A DNA stretch of 64,000 nucleotides, taken from Alphaproteobacteria bacterium. Its GTDB lineage: Bacteria; Pseudomonadota; Alphaproteobacteria; UBA7887. The notes below the pieces were generated by a model that ran no database searches, was not told the origin of the DNA, and saw only the letters and a list, made by a program, of their open reading frames with translations. A program made the translations under genes and the position numbers. Location: positions 1,360,981 through 1,424,980 of the forward strand of contig OZ241752.1 in assembly GCA_965201155.1 (NCBI GenBank), given 5' to 3'. Shown here in pieces: positions 20,925 through 29,195 of this stretch (positions are counted from its first letter, which is position 1; each line of letters starts with the position of its first letter).

Positions 20925-22210
20925 AAGGGAGGCTCTCAAAATCGCCCATTTTTCTCATTTATGTGGTATAATCCGGGTTGTTGTCTCGGGAGGCGGATTT
21001 GATGGGCCTGCCGGGTTTTTTCGATCTTGAAGAACGGTTCGCAAAGCTTGACGGATTGGGCGATCCGTTGGCGAAGCTGTCCGGTTCTGTGAACTGGGAA
21101 GGGTTTCGCCCGGCGCTGGACGCGGCACTGTCGAAGCCGCGCAAGAGCAATGCCGGTCGCAGGGAATACGACCGGGTTCTCATGTTCCGGGTTCTGGTCT
21201 TGCAGCAAATGTACAACCTGAGCGACGACCAGACGGAGTTCCAGATCCGCGACCGCTATTCGTTCGCCCGGTTCCTGGGGCTGCATCCCGAGGATACGGT
21301 GCCCGATGCAAAGACCATCTGGCGGTTTCGGGAGAACCTGAAACTCGCGGAGGCGTTTGACAGCCTGTTTTCGGAACTGTCCTCGCAGATCGAGGGCCAG
21401 GGCTATGTGGCGCGCAGGGGACAGATCGTGGATGCGAGCTTTGTGAAGGCGCCGCGTCAACGCAACAGCCGCGACGAGAACGCACAGGTGAAGGCGGGGA
21501 AGGTTCCGTCCGAATGGTCGCAGAAGAAGCGCCGTCACAAGGACACCGACGCACGCTGGACGCGCAAGAGAAATGAAACCCATTACGGATACAAGAACCA
21601 CATCAGCGTGGACCGTGCGTATCGTCTTGTCCGTCGCTGGGAGGCGAGCGATGCGGCGTGTCACGACAGCAAGATGTTCGAACAGGTGCTTGATGAGACG
21701 AATACCAGTGGCGCCGTCTGGGCCGACAGTGCCTACAGCAGTCGCCACCATGAGGCGTTGCTGGCCGAACGGAGCTGGCGCAGCCACATTCACCGCAAGG
21801 GGCATCGCAACCGCCCCTTGCCTGTGCGCTCCCAGGAAGCCAACCGCAAGCGTTCGAAGGTGCGCGCGGTCGTCGAACATGTCTTTGCTCAACACGAAGC
21901 GATGGGCGGCAAGCGGGTCAGGACTATCGGCATGGTCCGGGCACGCTTCAAGATCGGCATGATGAACCTGGTGTACAACCTGCGTCGGCTTGCCTGGCTG
22001 CGGGCGAACCACCGGCCCCTCTGCTGCGACAGGGTTCAATAGAATGCCGAACACGGGGGGCCTATGTGCCCTGTGAACCGTTTCAGGCTCTCCAACCGCT
22101 GTCGGGAACCGTTTTCCTCACCTGATCCGTGACCCCACGGAGTGCTTCATCCCCACAAAACCGACAAATCAACCGAGGACAACAAAAACTAAATTACGAG
22201 AACCTCCCTT
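20925..22210 (+). mobile_element. IS5-family insertion sequence (~1.29 kb)
   Basis: Imperfect terminal inverted repeats: AAGGGAGGCTCTCAAAAT (20925-) versus the reverse complement of the right end, AAGGGAGGTTCTCGTAAT (-22210), about 15/18 matches. It is flanked by CAT on both sides (20922-24 and 22211-13) and encloses the transposase ORF. Confidence 0.65.
21002..22042 (+). CDS. IS5-family DDE transposase
   Basis: MGLPGFFDLEERFAKLDGLGDPLAKL..WEGFRP..RREYDRVLMFRVLVLQQMYNLSDDQTEFQIRDRYSF..DASF..HYGYK..ADSAY..VEHVF. Confidence 0.9.
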   Translation: MGLPGFFDLEERFAKLDGLGDPLAKLSGSVNWEGFRPALDAALSKPRKSNAGRREYDRVLMFRVLVLQQMYNLSDDQTEFQIRDRYSFARFLGLHPEDTVPDAKTIWRFRENLKLAEAFDSLFSELSSQIEGQGYVARRGQIVDASFVKAPRQRNSRDENAQVKAGKVPSEWSQKKRRHKDTDARWTRKRNETHYGYKNHISVDRAYRLVRRWEASDAACHDSKMFEQVLDETNTSGAVWADSAYSSRHHEALLAERSWRSHIHRKGHRNRPLPVRSQEANRKRSKVRAVVEHVFAQHEAMGGKRVRTIGMVRARFKIGMMNLVYNLRRLAWLRANHRPLCCDRVQ

Positions 22211-22520
22211 CATACAGATTTCTCCTGAAGACACTTTGTATTTGCCGGTAAATTCCGGGTGTGCGGACATTACTTCACCGCGACGCAATGCGCTAGTCAT
22301 AGGGAACAGAATCAGAAGCCCTGACAATGAAACATGGCATGGTCAACTGCTTGCGATTATGGTTTCTTGAATAAAGAAATGGTTCCTGAGTGACAGGAAA
22401 GAAGATTCATGGAAAAATGACATTACCGTCGCCGGGCCGCGCTTGCGTTGCTTCGTGGCGTTGCGGCGGAGGCCGAGGCAGCGATAATGGCGGCAGGGCA
22501 GCTTGGCAGGGGGGATCAAC

Positions 22521-23297
22521 ATGAGCGGGCAAAGAATTGTCGTCGTCACCGGCGGGGCAAGCGGGATCGGGCGCGCCTGTGCCCACCGGTTCGGGCACGC
22601 CGGTGATTCCGTCGTCATCGCCGACATCAACCGCGCGAACGGTGAGCGCGTCGCAGCGGAAATCGCCGAATCGGGCGGGACCGCGCGCTATGCAACCCTG
22701 GACGTTGCAGAGGCGAACTCGATACAGGCGCTGGCCGAAGCACTGGGGACAGTGGATATTCTGGTCAATTCAGCGGGGTTGCTGCAGAACGCCACCCGCA
22801 CCGCCACCATGGATCTTGCCGAGCATGACCGCATATGGGCGGTGAATTATCGCGGCACCTATTTGTGCTGTCAGGCGTTCGCGCCCGCCATGCAGGCCGC
22901 CGGTCGCGGCGCGATCGTTAATATCTCCTCCACTTCGGCGGCGCGCGCCTTCCCCCTGCACGCCTACGGGCCGGGCAAGGCGGCCATCGACCAGTTGACG
23001 GCGATCCTCGCCGCCGATCTGGGGCCGGACGGCGTGCGCGTAAATGCGGTGATGCCCGGCTATGTCCGCACCGAGCAGATGCAGGCGCGCATCGACGCCG
23101 GCTATCGCGATCCGTCAAAAATGGAAGAACAGAGCGCCTTCGGGCGCATGGTGGAGCCGGCGGAAATCGCCGATGGCGTGTTTTTCCTGTGCTCCGACGC
23201 CGCCCGCGCCATCACCGGCATCGTGCTGCCGATCGATACCGGCTGGCTCGCCCGCGTCACCTATGTGCAATATCCCGGCTGGCCCCCGGAGGAATGA
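22521..23297 (+). CDS. short-chain dehydrogenase/reductase (SDR)
   Basis: TGGASGIGRA cofactor motif, NSAG, and a Y..K active-site region (AYGPGKAA). Start is ATG 22521. Confidence 0.9.
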   Translation: MSGQRIVVVTGGASGIGRACAHRFGHAGDSVVIADINRANGERVAAEIAESGGTARYATLDVAEANSIQALAEALGTVDILVNSAGLLQNATRTATMDLAEHDRIWAVNYRGTYLCCQAFAPAMQAAGRGAIVNISSTSAARAFPLHAYGPGKAAIDQLTAILAADLGPDGVRVNAVMPGYVRTEQMQARIDAGYRDPSKMEEQSAFGRMVEPAEIADGVFFLCSDAARAITGIVLPIDTGWLARVTYVQYPGWPPEE

Positions 23298-23332
23298 GCA
23301 CCCCGCCACGCTGCGTAAGGCGCAGTCTCACG
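23088..23332 (+). repeat. direct repeat copy 1 (SDR 3' end + ~35 bp downstream)
   Basis: Aligns with 26215..26452, including exact runs of 46 nt (ttcctgtgctccgacgcc..gtgctgc) and 53 nt (atcgataccggctgg..ggctggcc). This copy holds a 15-nt segment (aaaaatggaagaaca) that is missing from copy 2. Confidence 0.85.
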
Positions 23333-23448
23333 CACTTCCCGACGAATTCGGTCATGTCGGCGCCTATGTCGCCCGGGCTGATCCGAAATATCGGGAAAGC
23401 CCGGTATTCGGCGTCGCGGGCATCGTCCTGCCAGCCAGTGAGGTGCGG
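23332..23448 (+). pseudogene. possible DUF3800-like N-terminal fragment
   Basis: The frame reads ALPDEFGHVGAYVARADPKYRESPVFGVAGIVLPASEVR, resembling the DUF3800 'yiDEsG...fvlaGvv' N-terminus. There is no start codon and no continuation. It begins exactly where repeat copy 1 ends. Confidence 0.3.
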
Positions 23449-23529
23449 TGGGATATCAGCGCGATTCGTTCCGGTCGAATTCCCGCTTCTCATAGATGGT
23501 CGCGATTTGCCTACCATCCCAGACGTAGC

Positions 23530-23754
23530 AATGCCCACGATGTAGGAAATACGCTCCAGCGTATCCTTGGGGAGCACGACGTTCGGATCCTTCTTCCATT
23601 TGAAGAAGGTCGATCGGGCCGCCATGCCGAGAAGGATCATCTGTTCCCCGGTCGAAAGGCTCCAGAGTTCCGCAATCCGAAAGAACGTGCGCAGCGCCGG
23701 GCCGGACAGGTCCTTGCGATCCACTGCCATCGCCGAGTGTGCTTGTGCAGCCAT
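23530..23754 (-). pseudogene. Xre/ParS/MbcA-type antitoxin, N-terminal HTH part only
   Basis: MAAQAHSAMAVDRKDLSGPALRTFFRIAELWSLSTGEQMILLGMAARSTFFKWKKDPNVVLPKDTLERISYIVGI matches the antitoxin Xre-like HTH domain. The expected DUF2384 C-domain and the downstream RES toxin are absent. The remainder of track ORF 23257..23787 is read-through into unrelated sequence. Confidence 0.55.
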
Positions 23755-24233
23755 GATGTGATCCACATATATTGTTATCTGCAACATAGTCTATCAATGG
23801 ATCAGCCACAAGAACTGTCGGATTGTTGCCGGTAGCACGCGGTACCCGCTGTGACGCGTGGCTTCAGGGCCCGATGCAAAACGGCGGAATTCCTTGCCGC
23901 GGGATCGGTCGGCCAGTACACTGGAACCCTTATGGAGGATGTGCGCGTATCCGAAGCTCGTCGACACAAGCGACGAACATGGTGCTCGCCCGCGCCACTC
24001 ACCGCATGATCAACAAGAAAGCAGGAAAGGCCGCACGACAAAACTCGGTGCCGAGGTGATGGCCGTGGCGCACCGCTTATGCAGAGGCGGCGCACGCGGC
24101 CGTGCTTCGCGGACACAGGCGCGGCGTCGTACGATTGTCCGCACCGCGACGGGTTCGATAAGACAAGGCGAACCGCGGTGGCTGCGAGGGGAACGAGCAG
24201 GCCTGCTTCGCCCGGCGGCGCTTTGATTGTCGG

Positions 24234-25163
24234 ATGATTACGTACCTGTCCGGCGACCTGTTCCAATCGCCCGCAAAAGTCCTGGTCAACACGGTCAATA
24301 CCGTCGGCGTGATGGGCAAGGGCATCGCGCTCGAATTCAAGCGCATCTACCCCGAGATGTTCAAGGCGTACCGCAACCACTGCGAGAGGGGTGACCTCAG
24401 GATCGGCCATCTGTTCCTCTACAAGACGCCGCACAAGTGGATACTGAACTTCCCGACCAAGAAGCACTGGCGCAGCCCGTCGCGGGAGGAGTACATTGAG
24501 GCAGGTCTCAAGAAGTTGCGGGCCAGTTGTTCCGAGATGGGGATGACGTCGATTGCGTTCCCGGAACTTGGGTGCGGAAACGGCGAACTCGATTTCGAGA
24601 CGCAGGTGAAGCCGCTCATGGAGCGGTATCTGGGAACCCTGTCCGTGCCGATATTCATCTATCTGACCGGCGCAAAGACGGATCCTCCGGAACACAGGAA
24701 CGTGCGCAGCATCAGGCAGTGGCTGCGATCCGAGCCGTCAGCGCTGCCGTTCGACGAGATCTGGCCGGATGTTGTTAATACTCTGCGTCAGCGGTGCGAC
24801 TTCGCGACGCTGTCCAAAGGCAATCCTTTCACGGCCACTGTGACGGCCGATCCTCCAACCATCACGATTACATCTGGCCGCGGGACCACGCGGATACTCA
24901 CCGCTGATCTGCGGCGGTTCTGGCAGCAGTTGCGCGACTTCGGCCTGACGCACGGAAGTATCGCACCCGACCACCGGTTCACCTCCTATCTACTGCCGGT
25001 ATTCGCCGAACTGCCGTATGTGAAACCCGTCAAGTTGTCAGAGTCGTCGAGCAGGCTGCGGAAAAACCCCGCGGCAGGGCTCCTGGTGGTCCCGCCTCCG
25101 ATGCCGGAAGTGCCAGCGACGATGGATCTGTTCGCAAGGCTGGACGATGGCGCAGAAATCTGA
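24234..25163 (+). CDS. DarG-type macrodomain protein (ADP-ribosyl glycohydrolase antitoxin-like) with ~150-aa C-terminal domain
   Basis: MITYLSGDLFQSPAKVLVNTVNTVGVMGKGIALEFKRIYPEMFKAYRNHCERG..ILNFPTKKHWRSPS..IAFPELGCGNGELDF is near-collinear with DarG macrodomains such as M. tuberculosis Rv0060, from memory. Confidence 0.85.
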   Translation: MITYLSGDLFQSPAKVLVNTVNTVGVMGKGIALEFKRIYPEMFKAYRNHCERGDLRIGHLFLYKTPHKWILNFPTKKHWRSPSREEYIEAGLKKLRASCSEMGMTSIAFPELGCGNGELDFETQVKPLMERYLGTLSVPIFIYLTGAKTDPPEHRNVRSIRQWLRSEPSALPFDEIWPDVVNTLRQRCDFATLSKGNPFTATVTADPPTITITSGRGTTRILTADLRRFWQQLRDFGLTHGSIAPDHRFTSYLLPVFAELPYVKPVKLSESSSRLRKNPAAGLLVVPPPMPEVPATMDLFARLDDGAEI

Positions 25164-26151
25164 TGCAGGTGAGATCCTCGAATACATGCAGCAGTTGCCG
25201 TCCCGCCTGAAGCTTGATCGCAATCGGCGCTTCTGGTCGCGTTGGCTGTTCCGTTCGGATCACGTCGAGAACGCCGCGGAAATCTTGAACAGCGGCGTTC
25301 TGCTGTCGCGGGCAGCGGCCGAGCGCAAAAAATTGATCCGGGTGGACAGTGGAAGCCCCCAGTATGTGAACCAACTATCCGCTTCGCACGGGAACCTGGT
25401 CCGGCTCTACTTCCGCCCTCGAACGCCCACGCAATACGCAAACGAAGGGATTCGGCCCCGAGACCGGATCGAATAAGGGGCGCACATGCCGGTGCCGGTG
25501 TATCTGCTGTTCGCGGCAAGCCTGCTGGGCGAGGAGGGGGTGTCCTTCACCAAGGGCCGACTGGCTGATGGAACGGAGGTCGGCGACACGGCCGAGTTCC
25601 TCAGATCCATCGCCTTTGGCGACGTGTATCACGACAGCGGTGTGGGCCGTCTCGGCGAGTCCTCCGGACGGTCGGATATTCTGAATGCGCGGCACTCGGA
25701 GGTCGTGGTGGAGAACGAACTCGCGCTCGATACATTGAGGCACATTGTCTGCCGGTCGGCGGCGGAACGGGAAACCCTGTTGAACCTGCTTTCTCCCCAG
25801 GCAAAGAACCGGTGGCCGCGGAGGATCCATGTCGACGAAGGGCATCGAAGGATGTTCGAGAAGCGCGGCACGTTCGTGCAGACGGCGGATCTGTCGAGCG
25901 ACAAGTCCCGGTTCCGGTTCTACCCGGACATTGAGGCAAGCATGCAGGGACCGTTCGACTTGGCCATCGAGTGGTCGTCTGGAGATCGTACTGCGGGTGC
26001 CCGGCAGGAGGACTTCATGGTGTCGAGCCGCCCGGTCACCTATCGGCTAAGACAGGCCGCGTCGAGATACAAGGTTCGTATAACGCTGGACGACAATTTG
26101 GCCTATCTTGGCACCTTCGACGAACAGTACAAATCCGATCTGCTGTTCTAG
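25147..26151 (+). pseudogene. DarT-like (DUF4433-type) ADP-ribosyltransferase, interrupted by one in-frame TAA (track ORFs 25147..25476 and 25486..26151 share a frame)
   Basis: N-piece: WLFRSDHVENAAEILNSGVLLSR and LVRLYFRPRTPTQY (compare DarT HITHIDNL and YVPFYFCPRSPMLY). C-piece: VSFTKGRLAD and ARHSEVVVENELAL (compare FTDRHA and QAEFLV; candidate catalytic Glu codon at 25699-25701). The start overlaps the macro gene by 17 nt. Confidence 0.65.
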
Positions 26152-26214
26152 GATTTTTCCGAAATTCAGCCCGTGTGATGGTCCTTGATCATGACCTCGC
26201 CCGCGTTGCCGCCG

Positions 26215-26409
26215 CGTATCGACGCCGGCTGTCGTGACCCGTCGAGCGCATTCGGGTGCATGGTGGAGCCCGCGGGAATCGCCGACGGCGTGCATTTCCT
26301 GTGCTCCGACGCCGCCCGCGCCATCACCGGCATCGTGCTGCTCATCGATACCGGCTGGCTCGCCCGCGTCACCTATGTGCAATATCCCGGCTGGCCGCCG
26401 GAGGACTGA
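26215..26409 (+). pseudogene. 3' remnant of an SDR gene
   Basis: Encodes RIDAGCRDPSSAFGCMVEPAGIADGVHFLCSDAARAITGIVLLIDTGWLARVTYVQYPGWPPED, paralogous to the C-terminus of the intact SDR at 22521..23297. No 5' part is present. Confidence 0.8.
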
Positions 26410-26452
26410 GCGGGCTGCCGCCGCGTATCGGCGCTATGCAAGGCGCAGGCGC
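26215..26452 (+). repeat. direct repeat copy 2 (degenerate SDR 3' end + convergent hydratase 3' end)
   Basis: See copy 1. Identity is about 96% over the last ~130 nt and lower (~80%, with a 15-nt deletion) over the first ~80 nt, by eye. Confidence 0.85.
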
Positions 26453-27222
26453 GCCGTCCCCAATGCGCCCAGATCGGCCGTGAGCCGGTCGCCGCGTGCA
26501 ATCGGCAGCGGCAAGGTCGTGGTGCCGGTGGTCACCACCTGGCCCGCCTCCAGGGTGGTCCCCAGCGAAGTCACTTCATTGACCAGCCATGCCAGCGCCT
26601 CGCGCGGGTCGCCGAGCACCGCGCTGCCGCCGCCGGTATGTTCCGCCCCGTCGGCATTGCGCATTGCCGCAGGATGCCGCGACAGGTCCTGCTCGCGCCA
26701 CGCATCGGGGGCCGGCGGGCCGAGAACGAATTCATGCGCGCAGGCATTGTCGGCGATCAACTGCGCCGCACCCGCAATGGTGAAATCGCGGAAGCGTGAA
26801 TCCGGGAGTTCTATTGCCGGATGCAGCGCGGCGACGGCGTCCAAAATTTCATCTACATGCCAGGGCGCGGCGCGGGGCGCCAGGGGCCTGCCCAGGCGGA
26901 AGGCGAATTCGGCCTCGGCAACTGCCATATGGTTGCCGCCGAACGCGATGACCGCACCGTCAGCATGGACCCGCGACGCCAGCAGGCGGCCGGCGAGCGG
27001 GCCGTCCACGCCCAGATGCGCCTGCCCTGCGGCGCTGCTGGCCGCGATCTTCCAACCGGCAAGCGGCATGGTCTCGCGCACTTCGAACTGCGCTTGAACG
27101 GCGTAGCCGCCGGCTCGGGTTTCGGGACGCAGCGGCGCCGGCAGCGCCTCCATGCGTGTGCCGTCCTGCCAGTGAGTCCAGATCAGGTCCGCGGCGCCGC
27201 GCGCCGCCTCGGTGTTCAGCAT
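26434..27222 (-). CDS. 2-keto-4-pentenoate hydratase-like (FAH-fold hydratase/decarboxylase family)
   Basis: GWKIAASSAAGQAHLGVDGPLAGRL..EAEFAFRLG..GQVVTTGT. Start trimmed to MLNTEAARG (ATG 27222). Confidence 0.8.
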   Translation of the reverse strand: MLNTEAARGAADLIWTHWQDGTRMEALPAPLRPETRAGGYAVQAQFEVRETMPLAGWKIAASSAAGQAHLGVDGPLAGRLLASRVHADGAVIAFGGNHMAVAEAEFAFRLGRPLAPRAAPWHVDEILDAVAALHPAIELPDSRFRDFTIAGAAQLIADNACAHEFVLGPPAPDAWREQDLSRHPAAMRNADGAEHTGGGSAVLGDPREALAWLVNEVTSLGTTLEAGQVVTTGTTTLPLPIARGDRLTADLGALGTARLRLA

Positions 27223-27354
27223 GGAGCGGTGCTCAGTGGTTGCGGACGGCGGGGCCGGACGTGGTTTCCATGGTCGACATACCGGCGTGGTCCAGCAGCC
27301 GGTCCGCCGCCGCCATGATGACAATTACCGCCAGAAACGCCGCCATCATCGCTT

Positions 27355-28587
27355 TCACGAGGTTGTCTTTCCATGCGGTTCGTGCAGTTCGGTGCTTTCG
27401 CCCGTCACTTCCTCGTACCAGAGCGAATGATGCTCCTTCGCCCATTGCTTCTCGACGCGGCCTGACTTCATCGCATCGAACGCGCCTTCCATGCCCACTG
27501 TACCGAGATAGATATGCGCGAGAATGACGGCGATGAACACAAACGCGACGATGGCGTGCCACACCTGCGCGAGCTGCATTTCCTCATGCGGGGCAAGCGT
27601 AGTCGGCAGTTCACCAAGCCCCAGCGCCTGCGGAATGCCGAGCATGTTCAGCTTTTCGAACGTGGCGGCGAACATCGGCAGTTCAAACGGAAACAGCAGC
27701 GACAGCCCCGATACGGAAATCGACGCGCCGAACACGATGACAATCCAGAAAATGATCTTCTGGCCGGCATTAAACTTGCGCGCCGGGACATGCGTGTTGC
27801 GGGAGAACAATCCGCCCCCTTTCGCCAGCCACACCAGATCGGCGCGGTTGGGGAAATTGTGCGCGACCCACGATACGAACACCAGAACCAGCGCCAGAAT
27901 GAAGGCCCAGCTCACATTGTTGTGGACCCATTTCGACGCCATCGCCAGGACGGCGAAGCTCTCCTTGCCGAACAGGGGTATCAGCGCCGTGCGTCCGAAC
28001 AGCACGATCAGCCCGCTTATCGCCAGCAGGACGAAAGACCCGGCGAGCAGCCAATGGCCGAACCGCTCGACGGCATTGAACCGCAGCAGCGTTTCGCCGG
28101 TCTTTGCCCCGTGCAGGCGGATTCTGCCGCGCCATAACAGGAACAGCGCCAGCAAGGCGATGGTGCCGCCCAGCAACCACGCGCCCCAATTGCTGAGAGG
28201 CCCCCGGCGAAATTCCAGCCAGCGCATGCCGCCATCCTGAATCAGCACGTCGGCGGCGGGGCCGCGTGCCGACACCGTGATGTCAGCGCTGCCGTAACGC
28301 ACGGCGCGATAGACCTCCGCGTCGGAGACGCCGCCCAGCGCGCCCAATTGCGCTGCTATCGCCGCTGCGGCGTTGGGGTCACCGACGGCGTTGCGGCGAA
28401 AGGTGTCGTCGACCGGTTCGCCGCGCTGGCGTGCGAGAATGTCTTCCAGAGTCTGCGCGCCGCCGGTCTCGGCGCGCGATTCATCGGCTTCCTCGCTGCC
28501 GTCAGCGGCGCTTTCCTGCGCATCTGCGCCTGTCGGGAGCAGCACCCACAGGGCCAGAACCGCGAGAAAGCACCGCGCGCCTTTCAC
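27355..28587 (-). CDS. formate dehydrogenase gamma (cytochrome b) subunit with long N-terminal periplasmic extension
   Basis: C-terminal half matches FdnI/FdoI-type 4-TM cytochrome b (..NAGQKIIFWIV..HAIVAFVFIAVILAHIYLG..). The N-terminal ~190 aa begin with a signal peptide. Confidence 0.85.
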   Translation of the reverse strand: MKGARCFLAVLALWVLLPTGADAQESAADGSEEADESRAETGGAQTLEDILARQRGEPVDDTFRRNAVGDPNAAAAIAAQLGALGGVSDAEVYRAVRYGSADITVSARGPAADVLIQDGGMRWLEFRRGPLSNWGAWLLGGTIALLALFLLWRGRIRLHGAKTGETLLRFNAVERFGHWLLAGSFVLLAISGLIVLFGRTALIPLFGKESFAVLAMASKWVHNNVSWAFILALVLVFVSWVAHNFPNRADLVWLAKGGGLFSRNTHVPARKFNAGQKIIFWIVIVFGASISVSGLSLLFPFELPMFAATFEKLNMLGIPQALGLGELPTTLAPHEEMQLAQVWHAIVAFVFIAVILAHIYLGTVGMEGAFDAMKSGRVEKQWAKEHHSLWYEEVTGESTELHEPHGKTTS

Positions 28588-28590
28588 CGC

Positions 28591-29184
28591 TCAGCCGCTT
28601 TTCTGGTCATAGGCCGTCCCCCAGCCCCAGGCACCGGAGCCGAAGCCGCGCGCCACTATGCGCTCGCGGTAGATGCCTGAAACGACATCACCGTCGCCCG
28701 CCAGCAGCGCCTTGGTCGCGCACATCTCGGCGCAGATGGGCAGTTTGCCTTCGGCAATCCGGTTGCGGCCATATTTGGCGAATTCAGCGGAAGAATGTGT
28801 TTCTTCTGGGCCGCCGGCGCAGAATGTGCATTTGTCCATCTTGCCGCGGGAACCGAAATTGCCCGCTTGCGGAAACTGCGGCGCCCCGAAGGGGCACGCA
28901 TAGAAGCAATAGCCGCAGCCGATGCACAGGTCCTTGGAGTGCAGGACCACCCCGTCCTCGGTCTGATAGAAGCAATCGACCGGGCACACCGCCATGCAGG
29001 GCGCATCGGAACAATGCATGCAGGCCACCGAGATCGAGCGTTCGCCCGGCTGGCCGTCATTGATCGTCACCACCCGGCGCCGATTGATCCCCCACGGCAC
29101 TTCGTGCTCATTCTTGCACGCGGTGACGCAGGCGTTGCATTCGATACAACGCTCGGCGTCGCACAGAAATTTTGCTCGCGCCAT
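28591..29184 (-). CDS. formate dehydrogenase iron-sulfur (beta) subunit
   Basis: Multiple CxxCxxCxxxCP ferredoxin motifs (CIECNACVTAC, CMHCSDAPCMAVCP, CIGCGYCFYACP). Confidence 0.9.
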   Translation of the reverse strand: MARAKFLCDAERCIECNACVTACKNEHEVPWGINRRRVVTINDGQPGERSISVACMHCSDAPCMAVCPVDCFYQTEDGVVLHSKDLCIGCGYCFYACPFGAPQFPQAGNFGSRGKMDKCTFCAGGPEETHSSAEFAKYGRNRIAEGKLPICAEMCATKALLAGDGDVVSGIYRERIVARGFGSGAWGWGTAYDQKSG

Positions 29185-29195
29185 CTGTTTTCTCC

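Noticed and set aside
23836-24233. Possible relic of a canonical darT upstream of the macro gene (an 'AEFLAAG' string in one frame)
   Set aside because: It is a single short match about 360 nt upstream, where the DarT C-terminus would not be. No HxTH, YF.PR.P or other DarT motifs appear in any frame, so this is probably chance.
23802-24695. 297-aa minus-strand ORF across the macro gene and its leader
   Set aside because: It is antisense to a very well-supported macrodomain gene and has no recognisable motifs.
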